Shown here piece after piece: positions 7,900-17,206 of a stretch of DNA of 50,108 nucleotides. Source of the DNA: Deltaproteobacteria bacterium (GTDB taxonomy: Bacteria > Bdellovibrionota > FAC87 > UBA2466); contig JAYVQZ010000444.1 of NCBI GenBank assembly GCA_043776735.1, positions 1 through 50,108 on the forward strand, written 5' to 3'. A model generated the notes under the pieces. It was given only the letters and a program-made list of their open reading frames with translations. It did not search any database and was not told the origin of the DNA. Each line of letters begins with the position of its first letter. Positions within the stretch are counted from its first letter, which is position 1. A program made the translations under genes and the position numbers.

Positions 7900-9132
7900 C
7901 TAACTCTTGGGAACTAGTTCGTAGCGCCTTAGTTCAGCCATGGCACGCCGGTACCCCACAGTGACCACACTTTGAAGAGTTTTAGGATTGAGAGTGAAGT
8001 GCTCGCCAAAGAACATTTCTCTGTCCTTTGCTTCCGGGTGAATGAAGATGTAGTTGAGTTTTTCTTTAAACTCTAATTTTTCCTGAAGGCGATCGGTTAG
8101 TTCTTGCAAGTCCTTTTCCGGATATTTCTTATTCCTAAAAAACTCACGCACGGTGTGAAGTACCATGAGCTTGTTTTCGTGAGTCTTCCGCGCCCCATAA
8201 ACTTTTTGTTCAATGGCTTGATAAAGAGCCTGAACCACTACTGCGCCTAGTCCATAGTGGTAAAGCGACCCGATCTCTTCTTTAAAATGATAGGGCTGAT
8301 GAGTGTACGAGCAAATCAGTAGATCGCAGCCATTATCCTTTGCAACATGCGTGGACAACGTTTCCCGGATCTCGCCGTCTATGTAATAGCGCTGCTTACC
8401 ATCGTGATCGATGAGGTAAGGAGTGTAAATCACGGGCAATGACATGGAGGCCGCTACCGCGTCTGAAATTGGGGCATTGGAAGCGTACTGACTATAATCG
8501 TCAAAAATCTTCTCTGTTCCGTACCGGCCGAAGATAATTTTTCGAGAATGATCTAGCTGAGTGCCCACGATAAAGAGATCGGGAATTAACTCGTGGAATT
8601 TTTCCGTTGGTAAGACGTGATTTCTTAAATATCCGGCCAGCCCCCTCGTGGTGAAGAGGCCGGGCAGTCGTATGTTGCGCAAAACCATTGATTCAAGCGT
8701 CTTGCCGAATAGGGAGCTTTTTTTAAAATTCTTTAAAATGTTTGTGGGGGTAGGCCAATCTATAGACAACATGTCACGATAAGTGATTCTTGGAAGCTTT
8801 TTCAGACTATCAGCAACGTGAAAAGTATTGTCGTCCGAAAAAGAATTGATCACAGATTCGATCTTAATTCCCGAGGCGAGCATGGCCACAATCATGGCGC
8901 CTGCACTAGAGCCCACGTACGTGGCAATTTCATTGGGGTGAAAAACTAGTTTGGGATACGGAACGGAGTCCTGATGGGCCGGATTTTCTGACTTTCCACC
9001 CACAAACGAAAAGCCTTTATCACGCAACGCAAGACAGACCCCAATGTGAAAGGCGGCAGCTTTGCTCGCGCCACCGCTACAGACTAATCCGGTTTTACTG
9101 TATTCAAGTCTTGTGCGGAATTTGGTTCTCAT
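7900..9132 (-). CDS. Patatin-like phospholipase (PNPLA family)
   Basis: Oxyanion motif CSGGASKAAAF, nucleophile elbow GSSAG (GxSxG), catalytic YIDGE (DG[AGE]). The ATG at 9132 overlaps the murB 3' end by 29 nt. Confidence 0.85.
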   Translation of the reverse strand: MRTKFRTRLEYSKTGLVCSGGASKAAAFHIGVCLALRDKGFSFVGGKSENPAHQDSVPYPKLVFHPNEIATYVGSSAGAMIVAMLASGIKIESVINSFSDDNTFHVADSLKKLPRITYRDMLSIDWPTPTNILKNFKKSSLFGKTLESMVLRNIRLPGLFTTRGLAGYLRNHVLPTEKFHELIPDLFIVGTQLDHSRKIIFGRYGTEKIFDDYSQYASNAPISDAVAASMSLPVIYTPYLIDHDGKQRYYIDGEIRETLSTHVAKDNGCDLLICSYTHQPYHFKEEIGSLYHYGLGAVVVQALYQAIEQKVYGARKTHENKLMVLHTVREFFRNKKYPEKDLQELTDRLQEKLEFKEKLNYIFIHPEAKDREMFFGEHFTLNPKTLQSVVTVGYRRAMAELRRYELVPKS

Positions 9133-10072
9133 CAGGTTCGCCGAGCACGATGACTTCGCATTCTAAGGATATTTGAAACTGCTCGAAAACTTTCTGTTTG
9201 ATCATACCAATTAGAGTAAGAATGTCACTGGCCTTGGCGTTTCCTTTATTTAGGATGAAGTTGGCGTGTTTGAGTGAGATCTCGGCTCCCCCCACGACAG
9301 TTCCTTTAAGGCCTGTCTTTTCGATAAGTCGTCCGGCGGAATACCCTTCCGGATTTTTAAAGGTGGACCCGCAGCTTGGGTAGTCAAGAGGTTGTTTTTC
9401 CGCCCTTTCGGTAATAATCCGGTCCCTCTCCTGGAGGATCGCATTGCGGTCTCCGTGTTTGAGGGCAAAGGTTGCCGCCAGCACCAACTGATTCTGCACC
9501 GCAGTTTGGTGACGGTAGCCAAAGTGGGCTTGCTCCCGAGTTATCGTGCTGGCGCCCTTTGCGAAATTAAAAAGGCGAAGCTCCTTTAAGATGTCGGCGT
9601 AACAACCGTACTTGGTACCAGCGTTCATAAAAATTCCTCCGCCTATAGTACCCGGAACTCCGGAGCTAAATTCAAGCCCAGTCAGCTGGCGTTCTATCGC
9701 CCAAGTTAAAAGGTCGGGCTTCTCTACGCCACCCTCAGCCCGAACCCAAAATTCGTCTGGTGACTTCCAACCAAGTGCGGTTATTTTTTTGAACGCCGAG
9801 AACAACGCCAACGTAATTCCGCGAATTCCTTTGTCGGTGACCAACAGATTAGTTCCCGTGCCCACAATAGTAATGGGGAGGAAAAATCGCTTACTTGCCG
9901 AAGAGATCCAGTCGAGATCCGCTTCAGACTCGGGAAAGACGAGTAAGTCCGCTGGCCCGCCGACACGGTAAGCCATGTGGCTGGCCATCAATTCATTAAA
10001 GCGAACGCGATTGCCAAAGTGGCCTTCGAATTCTCGCTGAACAGCAGGATTAGAAAAGCTTCTGATAGACAT
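9104..10072 (-). CDS. murB: UDP-N-acetylenolpyruvoylglucosamine reductase
   Basis: FAD-binding MurB pattern (YRVGGPADLLVFP, VGTGTNLLV, GVPGTIGGGIFMNAG, GSTFKNP). Position after murC in the dcw block. Confidence 0.9.
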   Translation of the reverse strand: MSIRSFSNPAVQREFEGHFGNRVRFNELMASHMAYRVGGPADLLVFPESEADLDWISSASKRFFLPITIVGTGTNLLVTDKGIRGITLALFSAFKKITALGWKSPDEFWVRAEGGVEKPDLLTWAIERQLTGLEFSSGVPGTIGGGIFMNAGTKYGCYADILKELRLFNFAKGASTITREQAHFGYRHQTAVQNQLVLAATFALKHGDRNAILQERDRIITERAEKQPLDYPSCGSTFKNPEGYSAGRLIEKTGLKGTVVGGAEISLKHANFILNKGNAKASDILTLIGMIKQKVFEQFQISLECEVIVLGEPDENQIPHKT

Positions 10073-11408
10073 TGGGGAGGTCTCCTGCCCCCAAGGTAAC
10101 CACGACGTCGCCAGAGGCGCCGTCTTTCAACCACTCTTCCATGATATCCAAAGGCTGCTTCACGTGTCTGGCTACGACCCCGTTTCGGCTGGTGATCGAA
10201 GACGCCAAAGTTTCCCCAGTGACACCCGCGATAGGTTTTTCTCCAGCAGCATAAATATCGGTCACCGCAACTTGATCACAACCAGCAAAACAATCAGTAA
10301 AGGAATCGAAAAGGTCATTTACCCGGCTAAATCGATGTGGCTGAAAAACAACCCTCATACGTCCATTAGGAAAACGCTCTTTCACGGCAGAAAGTGTGGC
10401 TGCGATTTCGCTTGGGTGATGGGCATAGTCATCAATAAAAACAACGCCGCCCTTCTCCCCGCGCTTTTGGAAGCGCCGCTGGACGCCGGAATAGCTTGAG
10501 AGAGTGGCAAGGCTTGTCTCCCTGCGGAGCCCAATTTCGTCAGCAACCGCCAACGCGGCAATAGCATTCAAGGCGTTATGTCGACCGGGGACCTGAAGTT
10601 TTAAAACCGACTGGGTTTTACCCATTACAAAAGTGGTAACGGATCCCTCAATGGTAGGCTCGTAACTTTCTACTTGGTAATGGGAGCTTGGGGAGAACCC
10701 GTAGGTGATCACACGTCGCGAAACCTTACTTAATAGACTCTGAATCGTAGGATCGTCACCGCAAACAATGCTCACACCATAAAACGGAACTTTATTGAGA
10801 AATCGCAAAAAGGCCTGCTCAATGTTCTCCATACTTCCGTAATGATCAAGATGTTCCCGATCCATGTTCGTCACTACGCCGATGCTCGGTGAGAGTAAAT
10901 TAAAGGAACCGTCGCTCTCATCTGCCTCAACCACCATGAAATCCCCTTTGCCTAGACGAGCATTGGTTCCTCCAAAATTATCCATACGACCGCCCACCAC
11001 GATCGTTGGGTCGAGATGAGCGTTGGTGAGGATCCACGCAATCATCGAAGTCGTGGTAGTTTTGCCATGAGCGCCGGCAACCGCAATCCCATGCTTTAGG
11101 CGCATGAGCTCGGCTAACATTTCTGCCCGAGGAATGGCCGGAATTTTGTTCTCGCGGGCTGCACGCAGCTCCGGGTTTTCTGCTTTGATGGCTGAGGAAT
11201 GGACTACCAGATCCACGCCTAAAACGTTTTGGGATTGGTGCCCCAGGGCAATACGAGCCCCTAAGGTTTCCAGCCGTTTTACTGAGTCGCCACGTCCCTG
11301 ATCTGAGCCGCTAACCACGTAGCCTAGGCTAAGCAACAGTTCGGCGATGCCACTCATTCCGATGCCGCCAATCCCTATGAGGTGAATTTTATTAGTTTTT
11401 TTGTACAT
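10050..11408 (-). CDS. murC: UDP-N-acetylmuramate--L-alanine ligase
   Basis: IHLIGIGGIGMSGIAELL N-terminus, P-loop AGAHGKTTTTSM, Mur ligase middle and C domains. I use ATG 11408 (MYKKTNKIHLIG), which overlaps the murG end by 17 nt. The track ORF extends to 11456. Confidence 0.9.
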   Translation of the reverse strand: MYKKTNKIHLIGIGGIGMSGIAELLLSLGYVVSGSDQGRGDSVKRLETLGARIALGHQSQNVLGVDLVVHSSAIKAENPELRAARENKIPAIPRAEMLAELMRLKHGIAVAGAHGKTTTTSMIAWILTNAHLDPTIVVGGRMDNFGGTNARLGKGDFMVVEADESDGSFNLLSPSIGVVTNMDREHLDHYGSMENIEQAFLRFLNKVPFYGVSIVCGDDPTIQSLLSKVSRRVITYGFSPSSHYQVESYEPTIEGSVTTFVMGKTQSVLKLQVPGRHNALNAIAALAVADEIGLRRETSLATLSSYSGVQRRFQKRGEKGGVVFIDDYAHHPSEIAATLSAVKERFPNGRMRVVFQPHRFSRVNDLFDSFTDCFAGCDQVAVTDIYAAGEKPIAGVTGETLASSITSRNGVVARHVKQPLDIMEEWLKDGASGDVVVTLGAGDLPNVYQKLF

Positions 11409-12489
11409 CAACCCGTAGTTCCGTAAATAAATGGTAGAGAATGCTATCAAGCGCACTGTTTTGATGCAACGCGGAATAGCCGGCTACCATTTTGGCAAAA
11501 TTCCCTGGGATAAGGCAACATTCTAAGGCCTCACCGAGCCGCCTTTCGAAATCATCCCCCTGCTCTACCACTTTTGCCGCCCCCAAAGTCTCTAAATAGC
11601 GGGCATTGTCGATTTGGTCGTTCTGTCCCTTTCTCGGGAAAGGGACGAAAATAGCAGGCCGTTTCACCCACATCAGCTCGGAAACAGTGAGGGCTCCTGC
11701 TCGACAAATCACCAGCGAGGCCTTCTCATATTCGGATCGCACATCGACTAAAAAAGCAGAGACCTTACCTTGGGGGCCAAAGTCTTTTTGATAGGCTTGA
11801 GCTACCGTATTTTCTTCGTTAATTCCGGTCTGGTGGGTGATTGTGAGCGTGGGAAATTTTTCTTTGATTCGTCCCAGCATTGCTATCATCGCCTGATTGA
11901 TCGCTTTGGCTCCCTGGCTTCCGCCCATCACCAGGAGATGAAGCTCTTTTTGGGGTACTGGGCCCACAGGCTTTTCATAAAAAACGCCGCGCAGGGGATT
12001 TCCGGTTTGCACACACTTTTCCGGGGAAAAATATTTTTCTGCTTGGGGAAAACCCAGAAAGATCTTGCGGGCGAGCTTTCCTAAAAATCGATTGGCAATT
12101 CCTACGCTCACATTCTGCTCTTGCAAGAATAGTGGTTTGCGAAGAAAAAAAGCGGCCAAACTGATAGGTACCGATACGTAGCCGCCGACGCCAACTACGG
12201 CTATGGGCTTTTCTCTTAGAATAATTCCTGCGGCCTCAAATACGGACAAGAAAACCCGCGCCAATGAGAGAAGTGTCTTTAAAAGTCCCTGGTTTTTCAC
12301 CGCTCCAGATTTAAGAGTGATGAGGCGAATTCCCTGCTGGGGAACCAGTTTGGTCTCCATGCCAGAGGGGCTGCCAACGTATAGAAGGTCAAAGCCCCTT
12401 TGTCGCAGTGCCTCGCAAATGGCCAGAGCGGGAAACACATGGCCCCCTGTGCCACCACCGGTAACAATAATTTTTTTGAGGGAGCTCAT
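11392..12489 (-). CDS. murG: Lipid II synthase: UDP-GlcNAc--undecaprenyl-PP-MurNAc-pentapeptide GlcNAc transferase
   Basis: G-loop IIVTGGGTGGHVFPALAI, GT28 C-domain (RAGALTVSEL, PFP...DQ..NA). Synteny ftsW-murG-murC. Confidence 0.9.
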   Translation of the reverse strand: MSSLKKIIVTGGGTGGHVFPALAICEALRQRGFDLLYVGSPSGMETKLVPQQGIRLITLKSGAVKNQGLLKTLLSLARVFLSVFEAAGIILREKPIAVVGVGGYVSVPISLAAFFLRKPLFLQEQNVSVGIANRFLGKLARKIFLGFPQAEKYFSPEKCVQTGNPLRGVFYEKPVGPVPQKELHLLVMGGSQGAKAINQAMIAMLGRIKEKFPTLTITHQTGINEENTVAQAYQKDFGPQGKVSAFLVDVRSEYEKASLVICRAGALTVSELMWVKRPAIFVPFPRKGQNDQIDNARYLETLGAAKVVEQGDDFERRLGEALECCLIPGNFAKMVAGYSALHQNSALDSILYHLFTELRVDVQKN

Positions 12490-12546
12490 TGGAGTGTCTG
12501 GGAAATTTAGCTGAAAAAAACAAGAGAGGTAAGAACTTTACACAAC

Positions 12547-13707
12547 TCATCCGGTCGAAAGCGCATTCTCTGCGGGAAATTCGCCATTCGAGCTTCGGTG
12601 AATGCTCCAAAGGATGCCGATAGAAAGCAGGTGAACGATTAGGGCGGAACGCCCCCAGGAAAGAAACGGGAGAGGGAGGCCTTTCATAGGAACTAGGCCT
12701 ACGACTCCGCCAAGATTGATAACCACTTGCAACATGATTGTGAGCGATAAACCGATGGCCAAAAAGCTTCCAAAGCGATCCTTAGTCCTTTTGGTAATGC
12801 GAAAGAGGAGGTAACCGAGAATAACAAATAGCGAGACTAAGGATAATGTCCCCAAAAAGCCCAGCTCCTCACCAACTAATGCAAAAATAAAGTCGGTATG
12901 AACCTCAGGCAGATAGAACAATTTTCCGTTTCCATTCCCTAAACCGGTCCCCGACCAATGGCCTGAGTGAAAGGAAAGAAAAGACTGGATAGTCTGAAAA
13001 CCCACTCCTTGTGGGTCCGACCAAGGATTTAGGAAGGCCAATAGGCGTCGGCGCCGGTAGTCGGATGAGACAATGGCCAAAATGAAAAAACCGAAGCCCA
13101 CCGTGAACAGTCCTAAGAAATAACTCAAGGGCAGTCCACCGACGAATAACAAGGAGATCACGACCACGGTAAGCAGGGCGGTAGTTCCCAAGTCTGACTG
13201 TCGTAGAATCAGGACTAGGAGTATCGCCAAAGGAAGTAGCCGCCAGCAGGCTCTCCATAGGGTTAACCGGCTGGTCTGAGGCACGCAAAGAAGCCGGGCA
13301 ACATAAATACTAACGACTATTTTGGCCAGTTCGCTCGGTTGGAATGCTAACGGTCCGAGTCTTAGCCATCTAGTGGCCCCCTTTGCTTGGTGACCAAGAG
13401 GAGAAAAATGGGTGGCCCCCACAAGAATAATTTCAATGATTAGAATCCACGGGGCCAGGGCATACCAACGCTGATGGGGAACGCGCGAGACCAAGTACAT
13501 TAAAGAGAGTCCCATCAGCCCGGCAATACCTTGCTGGTAAGTGTACAAAAGGCTGTTTTGATAAGTCTGGTAGCTCATGACGCCGGTGGCGCTGTAGAGA
13601 ACAAGCAGACCGGTGCCAAAGAGTAAGAGTATGACGGTGATTAGGCCGAAGCTAGTACCGTCCCAAGGTTTGCGCGCTTGAATCATGGGGTGGAGGAAGT
13701 GCTCCAC
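12547..13707 (-). CDS. ftsW: SEDS-family peptidoglycan polymerase, cell-division type
   Basis: Polytopic FtsW/RodA/SpoVE pattern (QPSELAKI, TDFIFALVGEELGF, PMKGLPLPFLSWGRSAL). Lies directly upstream of murG. Start is ambiguous (GTG 13707 or ATG 13686). Confidence 0.85.
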   Translation of the reverse strand: MEHFLHPMIQARKPWDGTSFGLITVILLLFGTGLLVLYSATGVMSYQTYQNSLLYTYQQGIAGLMGLSLMYLVSRVPHQRWYALAPWILIIEIILVGATHFSPLGHQAKGATRWLRLGPLAFQPSELAKIVVSIYVARLLCVPQTSRLTLWRACWRLLPLAILLVLILRQSDLGTTALLTVVVISLLFVGGLPLSYFLGLFTVGFGFFILAIVSSDYRRRRLLAFLNPWSDPQGVGFQTIQSFLSFHSGHWSGTGLGNGNGKLFYLPEVHTDFIFALVGEELGFLGTLSLVSLFVILGYLLFRITKRTKDRFGSFLAIGLSLTIMLQVVINLGGVVGLVPMKGLPLPFLSWGRSALIVHLLSIGILWSIHRSSNGEFPAENALSTG

Positions 13708-13710
13708 CCC
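13687..13710 (-). other. Perfect 9-bp GC-rich hairpin spanning the response-regulator/ftsW junction
   Basis: ggggtggag (13687-13695), gaagtg loop, ctccacccc (13702-13710). It covers the GTG 13707 start candidate and abuts ATG 13686. No following T-tract on the coding strand. Confidence 0.45.
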
Positions 13711-13724
13711 TTATGATAGCCGAC

Positions 13725-15167
13725 TTACTCGCGAAAATCCTCGGCCTTGATGCTGTACTTTTGAAGCTTTCGTAAAAGGGTCTTTTTTGGAATGTTGGCG
13801 TGAAGCGCCGTTTGGTTAATGCGCCCTTTGAAGGTCTTTAACGCTTTGATGATGAACTCCTTCTCGAATTGCTCTTTATGGCTTTTATAATCAAGAGGGA
13901 TATCCTCGGCGGCCCCCGCTTCGGAGCCTGCCACCGCAAAATTTTCTGGATTCGAAAGTTCACTGTTAGAAGTCGAGCTAAATGAACCAGTCTCCTTTTG
14001 AGCGGGTTTCATATAACCGGGCATTGAAGCAAGAGTGAGCTGATCCGTGCTTTCAATAACGAAAGCATGCTCGATCACATTTTCCAATTCTCTTATGTTT
14101 CCTGGCCATCGGTGCTTTAATAAAGTCTCCATGGCTAGAGGAGCCACGCCGGAGATCTGTTTTTGGTGGATCAAGTTAAACTTAGTAATGAAGTGGCGAA
14201 CTAGACGTTCAATATCATCTTTACGTTCCCTCAAAGGGGGCAAGAAGATGGGAATTACGTTCAAACGGTAAAAAAGGTCTTCACGAAACGTGCCTTTTTG
14301 AATCGCTTCTTCAAGATTGCGGTTGGTTGCCGCAATGATGCGAACGTTCATTTCGATCTCTCGGTTACTTCCCACAGGAGTAAACTTGCGCTCTTGAAGC
14401 ACACGCAACAGCTTTACCTGCATCGCCGTTGATAAGTCGCCAATCTCATCAAGAAAGATAGTTCCCCCATCGGCGTACTGGAATCTTCCAATCTGTCTTT
14501 GATCGGCACCAGTGAAGGCCCCTTTTTCATGTCCAAAAAGTTCACTTTCAAATAGGGTTTCTGCAATCGAGCTACAGTTGATAGCGACGAGTTTATGGTC
14601 TTTACGGGCCGAATTGTAGTGGATCGCTCGGGCTACGAGTTCCTTACCTGTTCCGCTTTCTCCCCGAATCAAAACGGACGTATCCACTTTGGCCAGCTTA
14701 TGAATGATCGAAAATATTTTCCGCATCTCATTAGAGGCGCCGACAAATTCACCATTCTCAATTCGCACTATGGGTGCCGAAAACGCCATGTTTTCCACCA
14801 TAGCCTGTGCGTCGAGGGCTCGTTGGATCATCTCAACCAGATCCGCATGTTTTACCGGTTTGGCCAGATAGTTAAAGGCGCCATCCTTCACTGCGCGCAC
14901 GGCATCTTCGATGTTGGAGTAGGCTGTCATCAAAATGACCAAAATCGAGGGGTCCATCTCTTTGATCTTCTTTAAGCACTCCAAGCCGCTCATGCGCGGC
15001 ATGTTGACATCCATGAGTACTAAGTCGGCGCGCGAGGTGCTGAGAGTGTCGATGGCCTCAACTCCGTCGTTGGCGGTGCGAACGGCAAACCCATTCTCTT
15101 TGAGAACATCCGAGAGGTTTGCCCGAAGTTCCGGTTCGTCTTCTACTATAACAATCTGTCGACTCAT
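13725..15167 (-). CDS. Sigma-54-dependent response regulator (NtrC family: REC + AAA+ + Fis-type HTH)
   Basis: REC (DLVLMDVNMPRMSG), Walker A GESGTGKE, intact GAFTGA loop (HEKGAFTGA), C-terminal HTH (NQTALHANIPKKTLLRKL). Strong SD AAGGAG before the ATG. Confidence 0.9.
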   Translation of the reverse strand: MSRQIVIVEDEPELRANLSDVLKENGFAVRTANDGVEAIDTLSTSRADLVLMDVNMPRMSGLECLKKIKEMDPSILVILMTAYSNIEDAVRAVKDGAFNYLAKPVKHADLVEMIQRALDAQAMVENMAFSAPIVRIENGEFVGASNEMRKIFSIIHKLAKVDTSVLIRGESGTGKELVARAIHYNSARKDHKLVAINCSSIAETLFESELFGHEKGAFTGADQRQIGRFQYADGGTIFLDEIGDLSTAMQVKLLRVLQERKFTPVGSNREIEMNVRIIAATNRNLEEAIQKGTFREDLFYRLNVIPIFLPPLRERKDDIERLVRHFITKFNLIHQKQISGVAPLAMETLLKHRWPGNIRELENVIEHAFVIESTDQLTLASMPGYMKPAQKETGSFSSTSNSELSNPENFAVAGSEAGAAEDIPLDYKSHKEQFEKEFIIKALKTFKGRINQTALHANIPKKTLLRKLQKYSIKAEDFRE

Positions 15168-15179
15168 GTTTTCTCCTTA

Positions 15180-17120
15180 TTAATTTACTGGGAGCGACAC
15201 CGTGAAGGTGGAACCCCGCGCTAATTCGCTTTTCAAACTGATCGTCCCCTCGTGGAGCTCAATAAAATAGCGTGCTAAGAAGAGCCCCAACCCGGTTCCT
15301 TTAACCGATCGGGTGGTGTCGTTCTCGCAGCGATAAAACTTCATAAAAACTTTTTCCTGTTCCTCGGGGGCAATTCCTGGCCCCTGGTCTTTTACGGAGA
15401 TCCTAACCCAGTCATGGGACTCTTCGGAGAAGATCGTTATGGTGGAATGCGCTGGGGAGTATTTGATAGCATTTTCTATCAAATTAGAAATAACCCGACG
15501 GACAAGTTTAGTGTCGATCTTAATAGCAAAGAGTGGCTCAAGCTGTAACTGGAGTTCAATCCCCATTTCTTGCGCAAAGGCGGACTTAGCCTCCACAATA
15601 TCGCGAACCAGGGAATTAATGTCCTTTGTCGTCTTTTCCAAAGGGAGCCGATTGTTTTCAATTCGGGTTATATCAAGCAATGCCTCGACAAACTCCGTCA
15701 TCTCTTCGGTGGTTTTTAAAATCGAACGCAGTCCCTTTCCCTGGCGATCGGTGAGTGACTTAGCATCAGAAAGCAGTAGTTCGGCGCTGCCCTGAATGCG
15801 CGCGATGGGTGTTTTGAAATCATGGGAGATGAGAGACAAAAAATTGCTCTTCATTTTCTCCAGTTCCGCCAAAAGCTCGGTCTGCTCCTGATAGTGCCAA
15901 CGTTTTCGGTATTCATCTACGAGCCGAAAGGGAATGACGATATAGAAACCGGAGAAAGCCAGAATCAACGGATGGGACAGGTCGATCCAGGAATCATAAA
16001 AATACAAACAGGTAGCGCCAATGATAATTAAGGCGATGCTTTCTAGCATGACAAACCACATCGCTCTGCCGGGAGAAAAAAACAACGAGAACGAAATCGA
16101 TAAGAAGATAGCGACCAAAGAGAGCGTCCAATTGGTAATCGGGGATGTCTTTTTAAGGCCCTCATTCTTTATTAAGGTGGCAAGCCCCTGCGCGGCCCCT
16201 TCAAGGCCAGGGGTTTTTAACTGTTCGCGAGAAAAGGGGGTCAAAATGAAATCAGTGGTTCGCTTACTTGAAAGCGCCGAACCCATCAGCACAATTTTGT
16301 TTCGAAACAGAGCCGGATCCCAACGTTGTTCGGCCACTGCCACGCTCGAATAGATGGGGTAACGCTCGGCAGGACTACGCCACTTAATGTAGGTCTGCAC
16401 CGTTTCACCAAGTCGCTCATAACGATTGCCAGACCAGCACTGATCGTTGACGGGGAGCCCCCGTAGTTCGCAGGCCACTTTGGCATAAACGGTAGGTATC
16501 CCTTCCACAAGCACCATCGCCCTGCGGGTGACGGAATCGGCTCCGTAAGAAAAGGTATCGCGCGAAATAAACCCGGGAAGGTAACGCCCAGAGAGCCCAA
16601 GGCTTGCCGGCTGCGGGCGGCCCAGGCTCTCGTCGTCGATGTAGCCAAGATGAGTTCCTGGTATTTTGGCAAAGGCATCATGCAATTGAGTTAGCTCTGA
16701 AGCGCTATAGTGGCTGGATCCAAAAGAGCTCAACAAAATGACATATTTAGGATTGGCCTTTACCAAAAAATCAAAAACTTTCTGGATTTCAGGCGCTGGA
16801 ATCCTAAGCTCTCGAGCATACCGGAGGCTGCTGGGGTCGTCGTAAGCGATAAGCACAATTTGCGGGTTTAAGGTGTGGGAGGCAAAAAAGCGGGAAAGGC
16901 CGTCGAAAATAAGGCCGTTAAGGCCATCTAAGGGAATTTGAAGAAGGAGAAAAAAAACCAACAGGCCTAAAACAAAAGCCAAACTGTAAGTCCCTTTCGA
17001 CCGTATTAGGTCCAGGGCCAGAGTGAGGCGCCGGAGAAGTTCTCCGCCCAACGGAACGTGCAACGCCTTAGCTTCCATAAGAAAGCATTCCCAAACAATA
17101 GCTAGGAAAACCGCCGCCAC
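15180..17120 (-). CDS. Sensor histidine kinase with periplasmic CHASE2 domain
   Basis: N-terminal TM, then a CHASE2-like region (IVLIAYDDPS, DSVTRRAMVLV, IVLMGSALSS..D...TPF, GLEGAAQGLATL) followed by 3 TMs. H-box SHDFKTPIARIQG, N-box and G-boxes (DQGPGI, GTGLGL). Start uncertain (GTG 17120 or ATG 17078). Confidence 0.85.
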   Translation of the reverse strand: MAAVFLAIVWECFLMEAKALHVPLGGELLRRLTLALDLIRSKGTYSLAFVLGLLVFFLLLQIPLDGLNGLIFDGLSRFFASHTLNPQIVLIAYDDPSSLRYARELRIPAPEIQKVFDFLVKANPKYVILLSSFGSSHYSASELTQLHDAFAKIPGTHLGYIDDESLGRPQPASLGLSGRYLPGFISRDTFSYGADSVTRRAMVLVEGIPTVYAKVACELRGLPVNDQCWSGNRYERLGETVQTYIKWRSPAERYPIYSSVAVAEQRWDPALFRNKIVLMGSALSSKRTTDFILTPFSREQLKTPGLEGAAQGLATLIKNEGLKKTSPITNWTLSLVAIFLSISFSLFFSPGRAMWFVMLESIALIIIGATCLYFYDSWIDLSHPLILAFSGFYIVIPFRLVDEYRKRWHYQEQTELLAELEKMKSNFLSLISHDFKTPIARIQGSAELLLSDAKSLTDRQGKGLRSILKTTEEMTEFVEALLDITRIENNRLPLEKTTKDINSLVRDIVEAKSAFAQEMGIELQLQLEPLFAIKIDTKLVRRVISNLIENAIKYSPAHSTITIFSEESHDWVRISVKDQGPGIAPEEQEKVFMKFYRCENDTTRSVKGTGLGLFLARYFIELHEGTISLKSELARGSTFTVSLPVN

Positions 17121-17170
17121 GGCAGTTTAGAGCGCAGAATTATCACAGCGCACAAAAAAAGAATAGGAGT

Positions 17171-17191
17171 TTGGTGTCATTTAGACACCAA
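17171..17191 (-). terminator. Weak terminator-like hairpin after the zinc-ribbon gene
   Basis: ttggtgtc-attta-gacaccaa, a perfect 8-bp stem 16 nt after the stop codon. A T7 run follows on the minus strand but only after an 11-nt gap, so it is non-canonical. Confidence 0.3.
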
Positions 17192-17206
17192 TTGGCGCGA
17201 GGTCTC

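Noticed and set aside
7900-9132. Patatin-like phospholipase as a CBASS or other anti-phage effector
   Set aside because: No cyclase, SAVED/STING sensor, E1/E2/JAB accessory or other defence gene is adjacent. The neighbours are murB and an SLT gene.
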